DNA of 64,000 nucleotides, taken from Botryllus schlosseri (lineage: Eukaryota). The position numbers and the translations under genes are program-made. Under the pieces are notes generated by a model. That model worked only from the letters and a program-made list of their open reading frames with translations, ran no database searches and was not told the origin of the DNA. Where the stretch lies: positions 992,001 through 1,056,000 of the forward strand of contig CM119381.1 of the NCBI GenBank assembly GCA_051294905.1, in the 5' to 3' direction. Shown piece after piece: positions 57,001 to 64,000 of this stretch. Position 1 is the first letter of the stretch. The number at the start of each line of letters is the position of its first letter.

Positions 57001-60000
57001 AAAGTTGTACTTACTTTTCACAAAGTTGCATTTAATTTTCACAAAAGTTGCACTAAAAGTTGCGTTTATGGTCAAGTTCCTTGCAATTATTAGAGTATGT
57101 AATACTCGACCAAGGCATTGTAGCAAAACTCAATGTTGACGACTTCAACAAAATCAATAGCCTAAAAAAATTGACCCAGTAAAAATATAATTTTCGGCGG
57201 CCTAGCCTGAATGCACGTGAAATCAGAAAGGACCTCAAATTTAACGACAGTGAAATAATCGAGCGATATAGTTACATACAGTGCCAAATATTTCTTGTAA
57301 AAAGTGAGTAGCATAAAAAATCGAAAACCTGCAGAAAGTGACATGAAAAATTGAAATGAGCTGCAAAAAGTGGCATGAAAATAATGATGAAAAGCTGCAA
57401 AAAGTTGCAATAGAAGGTTTCCCCAAACAGCTTAGAACACCATACTGAGTATTTTAGAAGAGCGGAAATAGTAAAAAAAAAGTCGGAAAAGTTGCAAAAA
57501 CTTTCTCAAGTATTAGCGAATTTTTGGCATTACTCCATCCTGATTAATATTCGTTACTTATTTTCCAGATTCTCCGCCAGTTACTGCGACGCAATCTGGG
57601 ATATCACGCGCTGCAAGTAGCGTTGTCCTGCAGATCGTTATCGTATTTTCCTCACGTACTGGAACTGATGCTACACAAGGTCGATATTCGTTTGTTCTGA
57701 GTAGGGCTGATCAAAACCGAAGTTCGAGACGTAGCGTTGTGACTCGAGTCAAGTCGAGTCATTTTCAATTAACCGCCGAGTCAAGTACGAGTCCAGAGGC
57801 TTGAGTCTGAGTCGTAGCGTTGTGACTCGAGTTTGAGTCCTAGGTATTGTGTTCACTATTCAGCCTTGAGCTGTATCCAGTTCAATCCAGTGATATAGAA
57901 TGGTAGGGTGGAGTGAAAAAAAGAAAATTTTGAATTTCAGAAAGTGCCAAATCTCGAATAAATTACTTCTATCATCATTTCAGGCTCCTGCACCCTCTAG
58001 TGGCCGTGCAATTTCACCGAACCAGCCGAAAATATAACCGCTTATTCTAGAATGCTAGTTTTAGGCTTAAAAGCTGCGGAAGCAACATGTTTCTATCTCA
58101 CTTCCATAGAACGTTGTCTTGAAAATGCACAGAAAAAAAGTTACAAGCAAATTATTGAATTTTAGACCGCCGTTGAAATGTCAGTTGGTTTCACCAAATT
58201 CGCATGTTACAATTTGTTACATTATAGGTTATAAGGCTTCAACAGTGGAAAATAGTATCACAACTATAATTCTGGTTGATAAATTTATACAGTTAGTGGC
58301 AAGGAGCGTATCATTTCAACACTTGAATCACTCATTTCTCATTTCTGGACTATAGTCATCAGGGTTTATACTCGATTCAGATACTGGAATCCTTCTACCC
58401 AGCCCTGGTGCCTAGCAGACATGGGGTAATCGCTATTAGTAATCTTAATCGATTACGACGATTACAGCATTTTTAACCCTTACGAGGTGGGCGTATCATA
58501 TTTGATATGGCATATCTCCGACACCGATTTCTCCATGTTGACACGCCCTTAACATCGGGTACTACGTTTTTTGAAAAGTTGAGACTTTTCCGATGTATTA
58601 AGTACCTTAAAACTCAAAAATTTTGGTTTGTAAAAATAAACAAAAAATAAAAAATAAAATAAAATACGGTTATCACCTAAAACTTCCGGATATTTTCCGA
58701 GTGGGAAATATTGTCGGAAAATCTGCCAGAACATCAGAAGTCGACATGTACGGTTTTCTATGTAAATTTTCACCGTTTCAAACATCAAAACGTTTTCTGG
58801 AGAGTTTTCTGAGGGGGATTTGTAAATTTTGGTCACGCTTCAATGATTTTCAAGATCTAGGTCAAGTTCAAGTGCAAATTCAGAGTCATAAACAGGTTTA
58901 CTATGTCTGCAAATGGTTGGATTTGACAAAAGAAAGCATATCGCGTTGTTTTATGCCATAAACCGGACTGCAGGGGCCAATTGAGTCTTGATCATGAACT
59001 TGACCTTGATGACCACTCACTGACCACGTCCATTTGTAAATTTTATATGTATTTTCCATTTTTCGATATCTGACGAACCGCGCGGTTTACAACCATGGTT
59101 GACGGCTTGTTTGAAACCAGGCAACAGTGGCTACGCACTGAAGTATCACATTCCTCTCTCTGACGCCATCCTGAGGGTCAGCCTTGAAAATTGAGAGAGA
59201 GAGAGTTTTTTTGGGGAAAAGCTTGTTTATTTAAACTTATTAAAAAACCTCAGACATGTCATGGGGTGTCGATCAAGGGTGGAATCGGTAGAGGGCTATA
59301 CTCCGCCCACTTTTAAACTGGAAAGGCCCAGATTCAAGACCTGGTGGGGTCACGGTGAGAATTTGAAAAGTGAAGGTCAATTCTGCGAAATATGGCCCCA
59401 CCTCGTAAGGGTTAAGTAATCGTAATCGCAATCGATTACATTCGAAAAAATCCCGAAATAATCGTAATCGTAATCGACTACTTCCCATATTTATTCAATT
59501 TCTTCGTGAAAGAACAATTACTTTTTTGTACAAGGACTGTGACATAAACTGAACATTCGTGAACAAGGAAGAGGCATTATACCAGTTATTGAGAGCACAA
59601 ACGTCTGATTTTTAAATGCCACTGCTCAATATTACGTCAGAGGTAGCCTATTAGCTTTGCTCGTCTTTGCGCAGGAAGTGTCCACGCATAGTAGATAGAT
59701 ATTCGATGTACATTAGTGTGATTGTAAAAAACCCACCGTGCTGTATATCGGTTTATCAATAAATTTCAGACGCCACTACCTCGCATCAGGAAAATTAATC
59801 ATAATCACCTCTCTGCGTAAGTTAAAATAACAACTTTTGTATTGATGTTTGGCTATGCCTAGTTAAACTATGGAATGTAATAGTTCTAATTCTAGAGTTA
59901 AATGCAGTTTCACCGTTGCTGCTTGGCGAGCAGTAGACCTATATGGCACGAACGTACAGCAGACAAAGGTTTAAAATTTTGTACTCGTCAAATAAAACAT

Positions 60001-63000
60001 TACGGTTTCCACAACGAAGCATTAAAATCAACAGCTGCTGATATGTATCATAACTGGGCCGTTGTTTTGCCGTTTCTCGTAATGGCAGCTTGCGTTACAT
60101 TATCTGCATTAAGTTGAAGGCGGAATTCTATGTTCTCTTTCTGTTATTCTCATATTATTCTACTCAAAACGGGCGCCAATCGCTATTTCACAATTCTTTA
60201 CTGAACATTTGGACTTGCCGCCATAGCCATCGGCTTATTTACCATGTTAGCGCGGGTTGTAGCTAGAATCAGGATCAAAACAGCAAAAGCGTCCCCTAAC
60301 CAAAGTTTGGTCTTGGGCCCCCATAGGGTAGTCAATTTTAAGTTTACGATTTAATTTCGTCAATAATATTGGTAATTGCATCATATTGCATTTTTAATCC
60401 TATCTCAGCGCCCTGAGGCCAGATTTACCTGAAGAGCGGGGGGGGGGGGGGGGGGGGGTGGGGGGGGGGGGTGATTCATAATTATAACATCTGTTATCTT
60501 GCAATAATTACTTTATTGTATGTTGTTAATTTTGTGACCTCCGGTCTGTTATATAGCCAAAAGTAGTGGCCCAAACAACAGACTAACAGAAAAACTTGCG
60601 TGAGACGCACCGGGTGGCATTTGCTTCGTGGGCTCTGATTGGAAGGAATGGACTGTTAGTCACGCCCACCCAGCGCGGCTACTAACAATGGACACATGCG
60701 CTAAGTTTTGGCCAATGTCTTTTTTAATAGCACACTTCGTGAAGTCTCATGTAGGCCGAAACTGCATAAGTCTTTTGATCTGTCGAGGAGCGGTATTGAC
60801 TGGCACCTAAATGCCTATTACTTTGAATTATGCAATAAGCATGCTTTATTTCTTGAGGGGGAGACGTATATGCATTTCGAAATCAAGCTATCTAGAGACA
60901 TTTAAATCGCAAAGCTCAAAGACAAATTCAAAGTTAATTAAATCTCTCGAAAATACTCTATAATTTATGTTGGTTTACAAAATACTTTTGAGTCCCCTAG
61001 CTCCAACCACGCTCCCCCCCCCCCTATTGGGGAATTGGGGGTGCGGCAGTCATGGACATGGCAAGAATGCAAATCATTGGGTGCGATAATCCGTCCTCTA
61101 TAAAATGGGCTATGGATACATTATGACGTAACAAGGAAATGTCCCATCTTTTTTAAAGGCAGTTGTTATATCATCGGGCCTTTCCAGCGCAATCCATATA
61201 TTGTCTTCCAACATAACTACTAAGATGCAAAATAAATGTAATCGTGACTAATCGTGATTACTTTTCCAATGTAATCGTAATCGACTACTTCCCGATTTTG
61301 CTGTAATCGTAATCGTAATCGCGTGATTCAGAAGTAATCGTAATCGCAATCGATTACATTCATGAAGTAATCACCCCATGTCTGGTGCCTAGTATCGTCG
61401 TTGATCTTTCTGATGTATTTTCTGTATTTGCACAGGTTTTAGAAGAAGAAGCCACATCTTCGACACCGATTTCAGATCCACTGCTTCCCACCATCGTCAA
61501 GTTCATTCGTGAATTCCCAGAGTATTTAGAGACGGTTGTGCATTGCGCCAGAAAAACGGAAATCGCGTTGTGGCAATATCTATTTGACTCTGTCGGAAAA
61601 CCAAAAGAACTTTTTGAGGTGACGCACCGTCTTGGTGAAAATATAAATTTGAAGGAATGTGAACTACATAATTCTAATTCTATTGTTAGGGTAATTAAAG
61701 TTAAATGCCAGAAATCTAATTCTAATATTGAAATGTAAAATCTTGTTGTGAAATGATTTTATGTTTTTGTTTATGTAATTCTAATTGTAGTCTGATTTCG
61801 GAAATAGCGTGTAGCTGTAATTCTAATCTAATCCGAATTGAAAAAAAAACTGTGTGGGTAGAAATAATTCTAGTTCTAATCTAATACGGATAAAAATCTG
61901 CAGCTATAACTCTAATTCGAATCTAATTTGTAATAGCAACATCATCTATATCAGTGGTTCTTAACCTTTTTTCCTCCAGCGCCCCCTTTCAAAAATTATC
62001 GTGCTCCAGCGCCCCCCTCCCCAACTTCACAATGTAAGGAATGTAATAAAGACAATGAGTAAGAGGGAGGGCCGTAACAGCACTTCGTCAACCCCCTAAA
62101 AACGATTGCCTTGCGCACCCATAGCGTGATAAATCGAACTTCCGAGGGCTTCGCCCCCACGAACCCCCTATCGTGATTTCGATGGTCAGCAAAGTTTGTG
62201 TGGCCTGGTCGCCCTAGGTACCAAAATTTTCTATAATGCATGAATGAATAGATGGTAATTACATATATAAGTCGCGATGAACTGGGTGAGCTGTTGTATA
62301 GGAAGATAAAGGGCACGTAATTAATAATTAAACATATTCGGGCGTGCCCGCAGGTACAATTATTCGTTACCAGGGCCGTAACAGCAATTCGTCAGCCCCC
62401 CCCCCCCCCCAAACAAAAAACGTTGGTCCTGGGCCCCCATCGGGTGATAAACCAAGCTTCCGGGGGACTTCACTCCCGGACCCCTATTAGGCTGTCCTCT
62501 ATTTGCTGAAAACCTATTAGGTATCTACATTGGGTGTCCATTTACTGAGGCAGCTATTCTCGCCTAGTCGCGCAAAGCGCGAAAAATTTCACAAATTAAT
62601 GATTGAATTGGTCAATATCATCGGGAATTGCATGTAAATTGAGATTAATTTTTATCCTCTCTCTGCTCACGTAAGCACATTTACCGGTAGAGCTGAGTGA
62701 GGTGCACTGTTCCCTCTAAGCTGCGCACGTGCGCAGTGCTGACACGGTCTCTGCGCACAGAAAATCTACGTTGCGCACAACAAATCCGAAGTTATTACCT
62801 TTTTTTAGTCGATACGCACTGTTGTCCAGGGGTCAGCGCAGTGAGTTGTTGAGTGTGCGCAGACTCATCAAAACTTAAAGCGAACATTGTGAGGTTTCTT
62901 GAAAACTGTAGGGCCCGTTACTAATAATTAAACATATTCGGGCGGGCGAACCCGTTGGTATGACTTCGTTGCATGATGTTATTTCGTGACCCCCTGTCTG

Positions 63001-63622
63001 CAATATCAAAAAATATAGAATCGATCAACGGGGATATCTCCCAACAGGAATATCCCTGTCGCCCAATCGTACTAAACTAAAAGACGCACACGATTTCAGA
63101 TTGGTATTTCTTCACTGACATACGTCTTCTGGGGTTCAGATTGCCAAGACAGGAACATTCGGTGTCAGTCATTTAGGCGCTCATGGACAATTAAACCTAT
63201 ATGTATTTTGAAGGCTATATGTAACGAAGTTTTCGGTGTTCATTTGCTCTGAATACTCATTAAGGATAGGTCCTATCACCACATCATCTACTGCGAAGCC
63301 ATTTTTCTCCAGCGCCCCCCATACCGCCCCCTTGAGCCCAGCGCCCCCCATATCGCCCCCTGAGCGTTTCCGCCCCCCTTCAAAATCGCCAGCGCCCCCT
63401 GGGGGGCGCTGGGGGCAAGGTTAAGAACCACTGATCTATATTGATTTCAGGACTGTTTGGAAGTAAATCAGCTGGAGACGGCGGCTTCTTACCTGATTAT
63501 CTTGCAAAATCTGGAGAAAATGTCGTTGGCGCGACAGGACGCGACGCGTTTGTTGAGCAAAGCATTGTCGTCCGGCAAATGGAAGCTAGCTGCCGATATT
63601 ATACGGTTTCTACGAGCCATTG
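45063..63622 (+). CDS. RIC1: RIC1 (RAB6A GEF complex subunit), 5' part; continues past the window. Exons: 45063-45200, 45629-45736, 46218-46393, 46462-46601, 47589-47832, 49727-49833, 50386-50561, 51101-51376, 51883-52122, 52201-52470, 52836-52927, 53243-53418, 54376-54511, 55817-56048, 56762-56860, 57569-57679, 61436-61618, 63451-63622
   Basis: [154 protein letters not shown]. All 18 exons are in phase with GT-AG boundaries. Confidence 0.95.
46875..47338. mobile_element. hAT-type MITE with AAAAGAGG arrays
   Basis: TIR TATGGTTACCATA / TATGGTAACCCTA; TSD CCGTAGCG / CTGTAGTG. Confidence 0.8.
48567..49425 (-). mobile_element. hAT deletion derivative with a hATC remnant
   Basis: TIR TAGGGGGATTTTTTT / AAAAAAATCGCCCTA; TSD ATCTTGAC/ATCATGAG. 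ORF 48880-49110 contains [31 protein letters not shown]. Confidence 0.87.
51410..51840. repeat. AGTTCTAGTTCT-based minisatellite-like array (about 100-bp higher-order unit, about 3 copies); similar arrays at about 56180-56460 and CTAATTCTAAT tracts in several introns
   Basis: Repeated TATAATA(A/G)AAAGCGTGTAGTTCTAGTT and GTTATTTGTGAATTTTGA blocks. Confidence 0.8.
54780..55765 (+). mobile_element. hAT transposase C-terminal remnant with AAAGTCATAT subterminal arrays (boundaries approximate)
   Basis: After ORF 55117-55377 the frame continues [34 protein letters not shown], the same hATC type as 48567-49425. Confidence 0.75.
58416..61384. mobile_element. About 3-kb non-autonomous hAT-type element with GTAATC arrays and nested inserts
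   Basis: TIR CAGACATGGGGT / ACCCCATGTCTG; perfect TSD GTGCCTAG. Confidence 0.9.
58477..59411. mobile_element. piggyBac-type non-autonomous element nested in the hAT element
   Basis: TIR CCCTTACGAGGTGGG / CCCACCTCGTAAGGG, each flanked by TTAA. Confidence 0.92.
61952..63433. mobile_element. Buster-like hAT element containing family F sequence and a further MITE (about 62705-62889)
   Basis: TIR CAGTGGTTCTTAACC / GGTTAAGAACCACTG; perfect TSD ATCTATAT. The inner MITE has ends CACTGTTCCCTCTAAG / CTTAAAGCGAACATTG. Confidence 0.92.
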
Positions 63623-64000
63623 GTGGGTTCGCGTTGTTTGGTGGCGGTCACTTTCAAAGTACTTGTTCTGTTTGTGGCTACTTGCACTTCTTAACAGAGT
63701 GGCTGTGTTCTTCAAATACTGATAGCAAACCTTTCACACTGTAGAATTTAAAAATGAAAAAGTAGTTTTGGGACAAGTCTGCGTCACATTATGACTGAAA
63801 TTCTCATAGAAACCGCGCAAGACATTCCCTGTATCATAGCAACCGAATATATTTTAGTAGAGTGTATTCATGTGTAGTATTATTAGTCCTAGTTAGGGCT
63901 GGGCAAAATCGAGTAGCTGAGTGATTCGATTCTGAATCACGTAATATGCTTCGAGTCGAGTCGAGTAATCGAGTATCACTCATTATGACGTCATACCATA

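Overview
Eukaryotic (animal) genomic DNA: AT-rich, intron-rich and dense in transposon remnants. It looks invertebrate; a tunicate or other deuterostome is plausible but cannot be shown from sequence alone. I reconstructed four spliced genes by hand, each with consistent GT-AG boundaries and reading phase: the 3' part of GSK3 (+, 53-7655), a Cfp1/CXXC1 orthologue (+, 28883-37567), MEMO1 (-, 44367-38406) and the 5' part of RIC1 (+, 45063 to beyond 63622, head-to-head with MEMO1). Two single-exon ORFs are also present: a probable SERTA-domain protein (-, 19186-18284) and a 333-codon ORF resembling the N-terminus of Mutator-like transposases (+, 26750-27751). Introns and intergenic DNA hold many hAT-type MITEs with 8-bp target-site duplications (TSDs), a piggyBac-type and a TA-target MITE, tRNA-derived SINEs, LINE fragments and a Penelope-like element remnant. 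The best leads are: (1) an intact minimal hammerhead ribozyme core in sense orientation in the last GSK3 intron, with covarying degenerate relatives elsewhere in the window; (2) a Cfp1 that appears to lack its CXXC zinc finger, in a region whose exons show no CpG depletion; (3) a possibly domesticated transposase-derived ORF whose 3' end is shared, inverted, with the GSK3 terminal-exon acceptor region. All homology calls come from recalled motifs, not database searches, and repeat boundaries without a TSD are approximate.
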